From NCBI GenBank assembly GCA_040905525.1, contig JBBDRJ010000016.1:7004-71003 (forward strand): a stretch of DNA of 64,000 nucleotides. Direction: 5' to 3'. The notes beneath the pieces were generated by a model. It was not told the origin of the DNA and did not search any database. It saw nothing but the letters and a program-made list of their open reading frames with translations. The translations under genes and the position numbers were made by a program. Every line of letters begins with the position of its first letter. Position 1 is the stretch's first letter. Positions 9,852 through 19,390 of the stretch are shown here, piece after piece. The stretch is from Actinomycetota bacterium (GTDB lineage: Bacteria > Actinomycetota > JAICYB01).

Positions 9852-10207
9852 CTGGGTTCCGTTTCCTCTTGGCTCGTGGGCTTCCAGGCTTGCTCTCACC
9901 AGGGGCCTATTCACCCGGTTTCCCGGATTACTTCCGGTTCCTCCTTCACCGAGAAGGCACCTCTCGGATCCGAACCACGACCCGCTTGGACCGGGCCACT
10001 GTCGCGCGGCGCTAGCCACCCGCCACCGGTAGGCGTATGTGAAAGCTCACTGGCATCGGCGTCGTCCCCAGATCAGGACGGGGTCGCGAGCATCGATACC
10101 TTCCTCAATCTCACCTCCCTCGATTCGACGTCTAAGCGTAGCCGTGCGGATTGGCCCTCGACTGACATGCACCGCGACCATTGGTCCCAACGGGACAGGG
10201 AGGAAAC

Positions 10208-10936
10208 ATGTCACTTCAGGAGTTCACGCGGTCAGTGGGAAAGCGCATCGGGTCCACCGGCGGGGCTTACATGCTTCATCCGGAGACCGGGAAGCGCGGC
10301 GAGGAGGCCGGCCTTGACTTCTTCGGCTACTACGCGCTCGGCCGGGGTGGCGTGCTGGGGAATGTCGCGGGAGACGTGGTGGCTGCGGCCTTTTTCTTCT
10401 TCGAGCCCGAGCTCGTTTGCGGGATATGGAACGCGGCCCGAGAGAAGGTGGATCCGAAAGAGTGCGCCTCCCACTACTTCGAATCGTGCGCGAAGTGGGC
10501 AAGATCTCGTTTGGCGGATGTTGACGGGCTCGATGACTTCTGCAAGTCGGCCCAGCGCGTGTGCGAAGCCGCCGATGTTCGCGGACTGTCGCTATTCGCC
10601 GGCTGGCGATGCATGCCTCGGGTCGACGACGCCCCGGGCCGTGCACTGCAGCTGATCCACGTCTTGCGAGAATTCCGCGGAGGCGCGAACGGCATCGCGA
10701 CGCGGGCGCTCGGACTGACCGCGCCGGAAGCGGTGGCCACGAACTCCCCGGGGATGTTCCAGATGTTCGGCTGGCAGGGCGACCCGCCGGACGCCGAGGC
10801 ACTTCGCGACCGCGTAGCACAGGCCGAGGACCTCACCGATGAGATCGTTGGCCAGGCCTTCGGTGTGCTGAGCGAAAGCGAGCGAGAGCAGTTCGCGAAG
10901 GTCGTAGAGGACTGCGCGAAAGCTGCCGGCGTCTAA
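10208..10936 (+). CDS. SCO6745-family hypothetical protein
   Basis: YALGRGGVLG.V...VVAAAFFFFEP, LFAGW, LREFRGG; GGAGG RBS before ATG 10208. Confidence 0.6.
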   Translation: MSLQEFTRSVGKRIGSTGGAYMLHPETGKRGEEAGLDFFGYYALGRGGVLGNVAGDVVAAAFFFFEPELVCGIWNAAREKVDPKECASHYFESCAKWARSRLADVDGLDDFCKSAQRVCEAADVRGLSLFAGWRCMPRVDDAPGRALQLIHVLREFRGGANGIATRALGLTAPEAVATNSPGMFQMFGWQGDPPDAEALRDRVAQAEDLTDEIVGQAFGVLSESEREQFAKVVEDCAKAAGV

Positions 10937-11033
10937 TCCTGTTCCGTTGTGAGCCTATTTCCTAAGTCTGGGGCGGGAATAAAGATGTACTTTCGCCCAG
11001 AGATAGAATTCATCTACTAAGTTGGAAGGAGAT

Positions 11034-11198
11034 ATGCCACGTAGACACAGATTCAGATATCGCCGCCGACGGAAGAAACGCTCCGTCACCAAGTTCGTAC
11101 TCGTGGATTGGTGGGCTAAGCCGCTGATTTACGTCACCAAAGCCACAGTTCTCACGACGGGAGCAATGGCCAAGGGAACCATCAAACCGTGGAAGTAG
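11034..11198 (+). CDS. Small, very basic hypothetical protein (54 aa), below the ORF-track cutoff
   Basis: GGAAGGAGAT-ATG; MPRRHRFRYRRRRKKRSVTKFVLVDWWAKPLIYVTKATVLTTGAMAKGTIKPWK-TAG fills an otherwise empty gap. Confidence 0.5.
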   Translation: MPRRHRFRYRRRRKKRSVTKFVLVDWWAKPLIYVTKATVLTTGAMAKGTIKPWK

Positions 11199-11242
11199 CG
11201 TGGAGCCTCGTTCGTGGAGAACAGTTAGGTCTGATTGCTATG

Positions 11243-11256
11243 CGAACAGGTGTTCG
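11243..11256 (+). promoter_or_regulatory. LexA SOS box upstream of dnaE2
   Basis: CGAAC-AGGT-GTTCG, followed by TAGCAT (-10-like) and the ATG at 11274. Confidence 0.85.
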
Positions 11257-11273
11257 TATAGCATAACCGGCCC

Positions 11274-14200
11274 ATGGGTTGGAGCAACGGGCCGCTTTCG
11301 TGGAAAGAGTTCCACCGGCGGCTGTCCGATGGGCGGCCAAGGCCCATTCCAGATTGGCCGCCGGGGGCCGAAGGCGACTCCCCGGCCTGGTCACGAAAGC
11401 GGCAGCCCTACGAGCCGCCTCCGAGATTCCGCAGCGGCAGTGGACTGCAGATCCCCTACGCCGAACTCCACTGCCATTCGGCCTTCTCGTTCCTAGACGG
11501 CGCTTCGCACCCCGAGGCTCTCGCCGAAGAAGCCGCCAGATTGGGACTGGAAGCCCTGGCTCTCACCGATCACGACGGCATGTACGGCGTCGTCCGTTTC
11601 GCCGAAGCCGCTCGCGCTGTCGGTCTGCCGACGATCTTCGGCGCCGAGCTAACGGTTGACGCACCGCGCATACCGGGCGGCATCGCCGACCCGGACGGAA
11701 ACCACCTCGTCGCGATCGCGCGCGACCCGTTCGGCTACGCGCGCCTGTGCCGCGCCGTCTCGCTCGCGCAGCTGCGTGGTGAGAAGGGACGTCCCGTGCA
11801 CGACCTCGCCGAGCTCTCGACGCTTCACGGCGATCGATGGCTCGTCCTCACCGGTTGCCGCAAAGGCGCGGTCCCCCGGGCACTGGTCGAACGCGGACCG
11901 AGCGCCGCCCGCATCGAGCTCGAGCGACTTATCGACGCTTTCGGAAGATCCAACGTCGTCGTCGAGCTGTGGGATCACGGCGATCCGCTCGACTCCCATC
12001 GCAACGATACCCTCGCCGAGATCGCAACCGACGTGGGCGTCGAGCTCGTCGCGACGAACAACGTCCACTATGCGACCCCGCGCTCCTACGGCCTATACAC
12101 CGCACTCGCGGCCGTACGGGCGCGGCGGTCGCTGGACGAGATCGACGGATGGTTGCCGCCGGCCGGCACCGCCCACCTGCGCTCGGGGGCCGAGCAGCTC
12201 CGGCGTTTCGCGCGCTATCCCGGCGTCGTACAACGTGCCGCACAGCTGGGGAAGGAATGCGCGTTCGATCTCCGACTGATCGCGCCCAACCTGCCGCCGT
12301 TCCCCGTCCCGGTGGACGAAACGGAAGCGACCTGGCTGCGCCGTCTCACCTATGAAGGAGCGCTTCGGCGCTACGGCGCCCGCGAGTCGGAGCGCGTCGT
12401 CGGCGCGTGGGCACAGATCGACCGCGAGCTCCACGTGATCGAGCAGCTCGGCTTCCCGGGATACTTCCTGATCGTCTGGGACATCGTCGAGTTCTGCCGG
12501 CGAAACGACATCCTCTGTCAGGGACGCGGATCGGCCGCCAACTCCGCCGTCTGCTACGCGCTGGGTATCACCAACGCCGACGCTGTATCGCTCGGACTTC
12601 TCTTCGAGCGCTTCCTATCGCCGGCCCGCGACGGTCCTCCCGACATCGACGTCGACATCGAGGCCGGACGACGCGAAGAGGCCATCCAGTACGTCTACGA
12701 ACGCTTCGGACGTCACAACGCCGCCCAGGTAGCCAACGTCATCACCTACCGGATGCGCGCGGCTGTGCGCGACGCAGGAAAAGCGCTAGGTCATTCGCAG
12801 GGACAGCTCGACGCGTGGTCAAAGCTCGTTGACGGCCACGGCGGAGGCGTAGCCGGAGCCGAGGGCCACGGCGGAGGCGTAGCCGGAGCCGAGGATGGGC
12901 TGGCCGAAGAAACAGGCATACCGCAAGCAGTGCTCCGTTTGGCCGCGGACATCGAGGACCTTCCGCGCCACCTCGGCATCCACTCGGGCGGGATGGTGCT
13001 GTGCTCACGTCCCGTGGTCGAGGTGTGTCCGGTGGAGTGGGGACGGATGGAGAACCGCTCCGTCCTGCAATGGGACAAGGACGACTGCGCCGCCGCCGGT
13101 CTCGTAAAGTTCGACCTGCTCGGCCTGGGGATGCTCACTGCGATCCACGAAGCCCTCGACATCGTCCGCGAAGCGCATGGAGTCGACATCGACATCGCGA
13201 CGCTGCCGCAAGACCCGAAGGTGTACGACATGCTCTGCGAAGCCGACACCGTCGGCGTTTTCCAGATCGAGAGCCGCGCGCAGATGGCGACGCTTCCGCG
13301 GCTGAAGCCCCGCACCTTCTACGACATCGTGGTCGAGGTGGCGCTGATACGTCCCGGGCCGATCCAGGGCGGTTCGGTGCATCCCTACATCAGGCGGCGC
13401 AACGGAGCCGAGCCGATCACCTATCTGCATCCGTTGCTCGAGCCGGCCCTGCGCAAGACGCTCGGCGTTCCGCTGTTCCAGGAGCAGCTCATGCAGATCG
13501 CCATCGACGTTGCCGGGTTCTCGGCTGCCGACGCCGACGAGCTCCGACAGGCCATGGGATCCAAGCGCTCGCGCGAACGGATGAACCGTTTGAAGGACCG
13601 CTTCTACGACGGCATGGCCAAGCGCCGGGTCACCGGAGACATAGCCGACCAGATCTGGGACAAGCTCGAGGCCTTCGCGAACTTCGGGTTCCCGGAGAGC
13701 CACTCCGTATCGTTCGCCTATCTCGTTTACATCTCGGCCTGGCTCAAGTACCACTACCCGGCCGCCTTCTGCGCGGCGCTGCTGAACGCGCAGCCGATGG
13801 GCTTCTGGTCGCCGCACACGCTCGTGGCCGACGCGCGTCGTCACGGCGTGAAAGTTCTAGGCGTCGACGTCAACGCTTCCAAGGCCAAGGCGACGATCGA
13901 GGACGAGAAGCTGCGGCTCGGCATCGAATATGTGCGCACGATCGGCGAGGACCTGGCGAAGAAGATCGAGGCCGGACGTCCCTACGAATCTGTAGAGGAC
14001 GTTGCCATCCGCTGTGAGCTCACTCACCCACAGGCCGAAGCCCTGGCGACGTCCGGAGCGTTCGGATGCTTCGACGTTTCCCGGCGAAAGACGTTGTGGA
14101 CGGCCGGGGCGGCGGCGCAGGTGCGTCAGGGACAGTTGCCGGGACTCACCCCGGGGGCCGATCCGCCCGAGCTCGAGGAGATGACCGAGATCGAGGAGGC

Positions 14201-14594
14201 GGGAGCCGACCTGTGGTCGATGTCGATGATGCCCAACGGCTCACCGCTTCAGTTCGTCCGCGACCGATTGAGCGACCGAGGCATCCTCACGTCCGAAGCT
14301 CTGAAGACATGGGAGCACGGACGCAACGTCAAGGTCGCGGGAGTGGTGACGCACCGTCAGCGTCCTTCGACCGCGGACGGCATCACGTTCCTGAACCTGG
14401 AGGACGAGACGGGCCTGGTCAACGTGATCTGCTCGCGCGGTGTGTGGCGTCGCTATAGAAGAGTCGCGCGGGGCGCCAACGCGATGGTCGTCACCGGAAG
14501 GCTCGAGCGGATCGAAGGCGTTACCAACCTAGTGGCCTACCGGCTGGAGCAGCTGGACCTAGGTGTGACGACGACGTCACGCGACTTCCGCTAG
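11274..14594 (+). CDS. dnaE2: Error-prone DNA polymerase III alpha subunit DnaE2 (ImuC)
   Basis: PHP domain (ELHCHSAFSFLDGAS, TDHDG), PDIDVD, KFDLLGLG, C-terminal SRDFR. Confidence 0.95.
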   Translation: MGWSNGPLSWKEFHRRLSDGRPRPIPDWPPGAEGDSPAWSRKRQPYEPPPRFRSGSGLQIPYAELHCHSAFSFLDGASHPEALAEEAARLGLEALALTDHDGMYGVVRFAEAARAVGLPTIFGAELTVDAPRIPGGIADPDGNHLVAIARDPFGYARLCRAVSLAQLRGEKGRPVHDLAELSTLHGDRWLVLTGCRKGAVPRALVERGPSAARIELERLIDAFGRSNVVVELWDHGDPLDSHRNDTLAEIATDVGVELVATNNVHYATPRSYGLYTALAAVRARRSLDEIDGWLPPAGTAHLRSGAEQLRRFARYPGVVQRAAQLGKECAFDLRLIAPNLPPFPVPVDETEATWLRRLTYEGALRRYGARESERVVGAWAQIDRELHVIEQLGFPGYFLIVWDIVEFCRRNDILCQGRGSAANSAVCYALGITNADAVSLGLLFERFLSPARDGPPDIDVDIEAGRREEAIQYVYERFGRHNAAQVANVITYRMRAAVRDAGKALGHSQGQLDAWSKLVDGHGGGVAGAEGHGGGVAGAEDGLAEETGIPQAVLRLAADIEDLPRHLGIHSGGMVLCSRPVVEVCPVEWGRMENRSVLQWDKDDCAAAGLVKFDLLGLGMLTAIHEALDIVREAHGVDIDIATLPQDPKVYDMLCEADTVGVFQIESRAQMATLPRLKPRTFYDIVVEVALIRPGPIQGGSVHPYIRRRNGAEPITYLHPLLEPALRKTLGVPLFQEQLMQIAIDVAGFSAADADELRQAMGSKRSRERMNRLKDRFYDGMAKRRVTGDIADQIWDKLEAFANFGFPESHSVSFAYLVYISAWLKYHYPAAFCAALLNAQPMGFWSPHTLVADARRHGVKVLGVDVNASKAKATIEDEKLRLGIEYVRTIGEDLAKKIEAGRPYESVEDVAIRCELTHPQAEALATSGAFGCFDVSRRKTLWTAGAAAQVRQGQLPGLTPGADPPELEEMTEIEEAGADLWSMSMMPNGSPLQFVRDRLSDRGILTSEALKTWEHGRNVKVAGVVTHRQRPSTADGITFLNLEDETGLVNVICSRGVWRRYRRVARGANAMVVTGRLERIEGVTNLVAYRLEQLDLGVTTTSRDFR
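12834..12893 (+). repeat. Exact 30-bp tandem duplication within dnaE2
   Basis: GGCCACGGCGGAGGCGTAGCCGGAGCCGAG x2, encoding GHGGGVAGAE twice. Confidence 0.95.
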
Positions 14595-14854
14595 CCGATG
14601 AATAGCTTGACGAGGCCCGCGGCAACCGCACTCCACAGCGGAAGAGCGAACAAGAGAAGGAAACGACGCTCGAATGATGACATCCGCCGTTCCAGTCTCA
14701 TCTCGAACTCAGCGAATCGCGCTTCTAGACCCGAGAAATCAGTCTTAGTTGTCAGATCCCCAGCCGCTGGCACGATCTCGGCGATCATCCGCGCTGACTC
14801 CTCACTTACGTCCTTCTTCAACGCCTCGTACAACTCGATATTCGTCACAGCCAT
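14591..14854 (-). CDS. Small coiled-coil protein with C-terminal TM helix (DUF1640/CCDC90-like)
   Basis: LYEALKK.VSEESAR...LTTKTDF..LE...then a hydrophobic tail; GGAGG RBS. Confidence 0.55.
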   Translation of the reverse strand: MAVTNIELYEALKKDVSEESARMIAEIVPAAGDLTTKTDFSGLEARFAEFEMRLERRMSSFERRFLLLFALPLWSAVAAGLVKLFIG

Positions 14855-14925
14855 TGTGCCTCCAACGGCAATCAGAGGGAAGGCGGCGCGGGAAGGACCC
14901 AGAACTTAGCCGAGGCTACTGACGC

Positions 14926-15720
14926 TCAGAGATCGAGTACCCCGTCCACTACCGCACGGTCGTCCTCGATGTACTTGCGCGGATGGCGTCCGTCGACATT
15001 TCCGAGCAGTCCGTGCACGGAGTAGCCGAGCAGCTCTTGGAGCTTCGGATCGAGATCCTTCACGATCTGCTTGGGCACGCCGAGGATGTGGTTCTCCTGC
15101 GGACGAACCCAGGCCGCGCAGTACTCGAGGATCACGCCGAGTCGCGACTTGTCCGTCTTGTTCGCTCCGCCTCCGTGGAACACGCTCCCCACGAAGATAA
15201 GGACCGAGCCCGCGGGCATGACGGCGCGGACAAAGGATGTGTCCTTGTTCGGTCGCTCCTCGATCCACTTGTGACTACCTGGAACGATGACCGTCGCGCC
15301 GTTCTCCTCGGTGAAATCATCCAGGGCCCACATCGTGTTCACGACGAGATGCTTGTGCGGTCGCGGGATCGGATAAACGCCGTCGTCGGTGTGGACGGGC
15401 TGCGCCTTCTCACCCGGCCCGATCGAGATCCCCACGGGAGCACTGAGCTGGAAACCGGGGCCGAGGACCTGCTCGAGAACGCCGAGGATCAGCGGATCGG
15501 TCGCCTGCGCGTCGAAGGTTCGCGTCTTGGCGAACAACGCGTAGATGCGCTGGGTCGAGTAACCCTCGAAGTCGTTTCGTCCGGTCGGGTTCTTCGCGAG
15601 GACGCGCGCGAGATCCGCCCGCTTGGCGGCAACGTCGTCAGCGCTCAGGTAGCTCTCGAGGACGGCAAAGCCGTCGCGCTCGATCGAGTCGCAGACAGAA
15701 TCGACGGTCGGTTCGCTCAT
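14926..15720 (-). CDS. Phytanoyl-CoA dioxygenase (PhyH) family Fe(II)/2OG dioxygenase
   Basis: HTDDG (HxD), WALDDFTEENGAT, HGGGAN. The start could be 15720, 15732 or 15744 because of a repeat. Confidence 0.85.
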   Translation of the reverse strand: MSEPTVDSVCDSIERDGFAVLESYLSADDVAAKRADLARVLAKNPTGRNDFEGYSTQRIYALFAKTRTFDAQATDPLILGVLEQVLGPGFQLSAPVGISIGPGEKAQPVHTDDGVYPIPRPHKHLVVNTMWALDDFTEENGATVIVPGSHKWIEERPNKDTSFVRAVMPAGSVLIFVGSVFHGGGANKTDKSRLGVILEYCAAWVRPQENHILGVPKQIVKDLDPKLQELLGYSVHGLLGNVDGRHPRKYIEDDRAVVDGVLDL

Positions 15721-15749
15721 CGGATCACTCATCGGATCACTCATCGGAT
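15716..15749. repeat. 12-bp tandem repeat (about 2.8 copies) at the PhyH start
   Basis: CTCATCGGATCA x2 plus CTCATCGGAT, giving MSDP-MSDP-MSEP. Confidence 0.9.
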
Positions 15750-15754
15750 AACTT

Positions 15755-16903
15755 ATGGGTTCCCAAGGCTACGCTGAGCACGTGGACGAACGCATAGCCT
15801 TCGACGCGCTTTCAGAGGCCGTCCTGGCCATCGCTTCCGAAACGGAGCTCGAGCCCGTGCTGCTCAAGCTCGTCAACGCCGCGCGCGAGCTCGTCGGCGC
15901 ACGTTACGCCGCGCTCGGCATGCCGGACGGCGAAGGCGGGTTCGAGCGCTTCCTCACCTCGGGCATGTCGGAGGAGTTGATCTCCGAGATCGGCCCCCTT
16001 CCGCGCACACACGGCCTTCTCGGAGCGATGCTCCAGGACACCGCGTCCTACCGCACGGACGACATCCGCGACGACCCGCGTTTCGAGTGGTGGCCAACGG
16101 CGCACCCGGAGATGACGTCGTTCCTCGGCGTGCCGATCGTGGCCAAGGGCTCGATCCTCGGCGCGATCTACCTGACCGACAAGGAGGGGACCGAAGAGTT
16201 CTCCGATGCCGACCAGCATTTGATCGAGCTCTTCGCTGCGCATGCCGCGATCGCGATCGAGAACGCAACACTGTTCGAGCGGAGCCGGGAGCTGACCGTG
16301 GTCGAGGAGCGCAACCGGCTCGCGCGCGACCTTCACGATTCGGTGGCACAGACCCTGTTCAGCCTGTCCTTGACTTCCGAAGCCGCGCTGACCCTCGCGC
16401 AGGATGGCGTCGAAAAGGCCACCGACGAGATCCGCAAGGTCAGTCGGCTCGCGCGCGACGCGTTGGCCGAGATGCGCTCGATCGTGTTCGAGCTGCGCCC
16501 GGCCGACCTTGCCGCCGACGGGTTGGTCCCCACGATCGTGAAGCACGCAGAGGTCTTGAGCCGAGTGTTCGGTCAACAGATAGAAGTCGACGTGCGGTCC
16601 GAAGGCCGGCTCACACCCGACGTCGAGCTCGAGCTTTTCCGGATCGCGCAGGAGGCGCTGTCCAACGCCTTGAAGCATGCGCAGGCTTCGAAGATCGAGA
16701 TCCGCGCCGACTTGGCCAACCATCCCGCGCGTCTCGAGATCGCCGACGACGGCGTTGGGTTCGACACGGCGTCACCGTCCGTGCGGGCTCGGCACCTCGG
16801 GCTGACCACGATGGAGGAACGCGCGCACGGCATCGGAGCCCGGTTCGCTCTCGACTCGGCCCCCGGACGCGGAACAGCGGTAAAGGTGGAGATCGATGGC
16901 TGA
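15755..16903 (+). CDS. Cytoplasmic GAF-domain sensor histidine kinase (HisKA_3 type)
   Basis: GAF (FLGVPI...GAIYLTDK), [31 protein letters not shown]; no TM segment. Confidence 0.9.
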   Translation: MGSQGYAEHVDERIAFDALSEAVLAIASETELEPVLLKLVNAARELVGARYAALGMPDGEGGFERFLTSGMSEELISEIGPLPRTHGLLGAMLQDTASYRTDDIRDDPRFEWWPTAHPEMTSFLGVPIVAKGSILGAIYLTDKEGTEEFSDADQHLIELFAAHAAIAIENATLFERSRELTVVEERNRLARDLHDSVAQTLFSLSLTSEAALTLAQDGVEKATDEIRKVSRLARDALAEMRSIVFELRPADLAADGLVPTIVKHAEVLSRVFGQQIEVDVRSEGRLTPDVELELFRIAQEALSNALKHAQASKIEIRADLANHPARLEIADDGVGFDTASPSVRARHLGLTTMEERAHGIGARFALDSAPGRGTAVKVEIDG

Positions 16904-17543
16904 TGTGATCCGTCTGCTCATCGCCGACGACCACCCCGTCGTCCGCGGCGGCCTGCGAACGTTCTTCGACACGGTGGAAGGCATCGAAGTCGTAGCCGAA
17001 GCCTCGGACGGGGTCGAGGCGATCGCACTTGTCGCCGAACATTCGCCCGACATCGTCCTGATGGACTTGGCCATGCCCAACGTCGACGGCATCGAGGCCA
17101 CGCGCCGGATCGTCGAATCCACTCCGTCCACCAAGGTCATCGCCCTCACGTCCTTCGCCACCGACGACAAGGTCTTCCCGGCGATCCGGGCCGGCGCAGC
17201 CGGTTACCTCCTCAAAGAGACGGAGCCGGCGGAGCTCGCCGAAGCGATCAAGAAGGTTCATCGTGGCGAGTCGATCCTTCATCCCAACGTGGCGGCGCGC
17301 CTCATGCAGGACGTTGCCGCCGCCACGCCCCGCGCGCACCGCACCGACCTGACGCGGCGGGAGCTCGAGGTGCTGCGACTCATCGCGCGTGGTATGTCGA
17401 ACCGGGAGATCGCCTCGGAGCTGTCGGTGGCCGAGAAGACCGTGAAGACGCACGTCTCCAACGTGCTTGCCAAGCTCGGCGTGTCCGACCGGACGCAAGC
17501 CGCCCTCTACGCGGTCCAGCACGGTCTGGCCAGCCCTTCGTAG
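16896..17543 (+). CDS. NarL/LuxR-family response regulator
   Basis: [31 protein letters not shown]...[13 protein letters not shown]. Confidence 0.95.
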   Translation: MADVIRLLIADDHPVVRGGLRTFFDTVEGIEVVAEASDGVEAIALVAEHSPDIVLMDLAMPNVDGIEATRRIVESTPSTKVIALTSFATDDKVFPAIRAGAAGYLLKETEPAELAEAIKKVHRGESILHPNVAARLMQDVAAATPRAHRTDLTRRELEVLRLIARGMSNREIASELSVAEKTVKTHVSNVLAKLGVSDRTQAALYAVQHGLASPS

Positions 17544-17639
17544 CCGGGCCCTAGGCCCAAAGACCTAGATTCACGCGCCGCCTTACGCCTGATGTGCATG
17601 CGCGGCTTCGCTCCTAACGTGAGCGAAAGGGAGACATCG

Positions 17640-18359
17640 ATGAACAAGACCGCACTCATCACCGGAGCGAGCAAAGGACTCGGCGAGGTCGTCGCTACCT
17701 ACCTGGCTCGCAGCGGCTACGCACTAGTACTCACCGCGCGGAACGAGGAACCCCTCGCGTCCGTTGCCGAGCGCTTGTCCAACCAAGGAGGTCGCATCGT
17801 CGCGATCGCCGGAGACGTCGCCGATCCCGCCCACCGAGCGAAGCTGGCCGGCGCGGCCGCGGAGCTGGGCGGGGCGGACGTCCTCGTCAACAACGCCTCG
17901 GATCTCGGCCCGTCACCGATGCCCGCACTCATCGACTACCCGACCGACGCACTCGAACGAGTCCTCGATGTGAATCTCATCGCGCCCATCAGGCTGACCG
18001 CGGAGCTGCTGCCTCAGCTGCGCGAGCACCGCGGCCTCGTCGTGAACATCACCTCCGACGCTGCCGTCGGCGCGTACGAGAACTGGGGCGGCTACGGCTC
18101 GAGCAAGGCGGCACTGGAGCTGGCGTCGAGAACGCTGGCGGCCGAGCTCAAAGAAGAAGGTGTCGGCGTCGTCATCGTCGACCCCGGCGACATGCGCACG
18201 GACATGCACCAAGCAGCGTTCCCCGGTGAGGACATCTCTGACCGCCCACTGCCGGACGTCACGGTTCCGTTCTGGGCTTGGCTCTTCTCGTGCAACCCCG
18301 CAGCGATAAGCGGACAGCGCTTCCAGGCGCAAGGCGAGCGCTGGGAAGTGGCGTCGTGA
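17640..18359 (+). CDS. SDR family oxidoreductase
   Basis: TGASKGLG, NNAS, YGSSK; ATG 17640 after AGGGAG. Confidence 0.9.
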   Translation: MNKTALITGASKGLGEVVATYLARSGYALVLTARNEEPLASVAERLSNQGGRIVAIAGDVADPAHRAKLAGAAAELGGADVLVNNASDLGPSPMPALIDYPTDALERVLDVNLIAPIRLTAELLPQLREHRGLVVNITSDAAVGAYENWGGYGSSKAALELASRTLAAELKEEGVGVVIVDPGDMRTDMHQAAFPGEDISDRPLPDVTVPFWAWLFSCNPAAISGQRFQAQGERWEVAS

Positions 18360-19390
18360 GGTCGGCCGAGCTGCAGTTCACTCGTCCGGACGGACTCGAC
18401 GCCACCGAGCCCCCGGAGGCTCGCGGCGAGCGTCGCGACGACGTCCGTCTCTTGGTCAGTACTCCGAAGTCGCACACACACGCGCGGTTTCGCGACTTCC
18501 CGAAGTTCCTCGATCCCGGCGACCTGATCGTCGTCAACGACAGCGCGACGATGCCGGCGAGCCTTTCCGCTCACGGCGATGTCGGCCGTTTCGTCTTGAA
18601 CGTCTCCACGAGGTTCGGACCGAGGCTGTGGCTGGCCGAGCCGCGCTGGGCCACGAACCTTCCCGGCCCCCTTCCGTTGCGCCCCGGCGACCACGTCCGG
18701 GCCTGCGACCAGAACGTACGGGTGATCGCGCCTTACCCGGGGGCCGAGCGGTTGTGGTTCGTGGAAGGCGATCTCGCACACGCGATGGCCCGGTGCGGGG
18801 AGCCGATCCGCTACGGATACGTCGAGCACCCCCAACCGCTAACGGCGTACCAGACGATGTTCGCGCGGGCCCCCGGATCGGCCGAGATGCCGAACGCGGC
18901 CCGGCCCTTCACGCCGGCGGTTGTCCAGGCCGTCACCGATCGGGGCATCGAGGTCGCGACGATCAGGTTGCACACCGGCGTGTCGTCGATCGAGGTCGAG
19001 ACGGAGGTCGTCGAGGACCACACCCTTCCGCCCGAGCCGTTCCGTGTTCCGTCCGAGACGGCGAAGGCCGTCAACGCCGCGCGCGAACGTGGGAGCCGAG
19101 TCGTGGCTATCGGGACGACGGTGGTGCGTGCGCTCGAGTCGGCCTGGTCCGCAGAGGAAGGAAACGTCGTGCCGCGGACGGGCTACACGCGACTGCTCGT
19201 CTCGCCGGAGCGCGGAGTTTTCGCGGTGGACGGGATGCTCACGGGTCTGCACGATCCGGGAGCCAGTCACTTGGCGATGCTCTACGCGGTGGCCGGTAAG
19301 GATCTGGTTCGCGATGGATACGAGCAAGCGATCCGAGAGAGCTACCGCTGGCACGAGTTCGGCGACAGTCACCTCCTGCTGCCGAGCTGA
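18356..19390 (+). CDS. QueA-like (SAM:tRNA ribosyltransferase-isomerase family) protein
   Basis: GDLIVVNDSAT, YQTMFA, TLH-like RLHTGVSS, AIGTTVVRALES, TGLH, YRWHEFGDSHL; GTGA overlap with the SDR. Confidence 0.8.
   Translation: MRSAELQFTRPDGLDATEPPEARGERRDDVRLLVSTPKSHTHARFRDFPKFLDPGDLIVVNDSATMPASLSAHGDVGRFVLNVSTRFGPRLWLAEPRWATNLPGPLPLRPGDHVRACDQNVRVIAPYPGAERLWFVEGDLAHAMARCGEPIRYGYVEHPQPLTAYQTMFARAPGSAEMPNAARPFTPAVVQAVTDRGIEVATIRLHTGVSSIEVETEVVEDHTLPPEPFRVPSETAKAVNAARERGSRVVAIGTTVVRALESAWSAEEGNVVPRTGYTRLLVSPERGVFAVDGMLTGLHDPGASHLAMLYAVAGKDLVRDGYEQAIRESYRWHEFGDSHLLLPS

Noticed and set aside
10038-10051. Crp or Rex site (TGTGA-AAGC-TCACT)
   Set aside because: Spacing does not fit Crp (N6) and the half-sites are too short for Rex.
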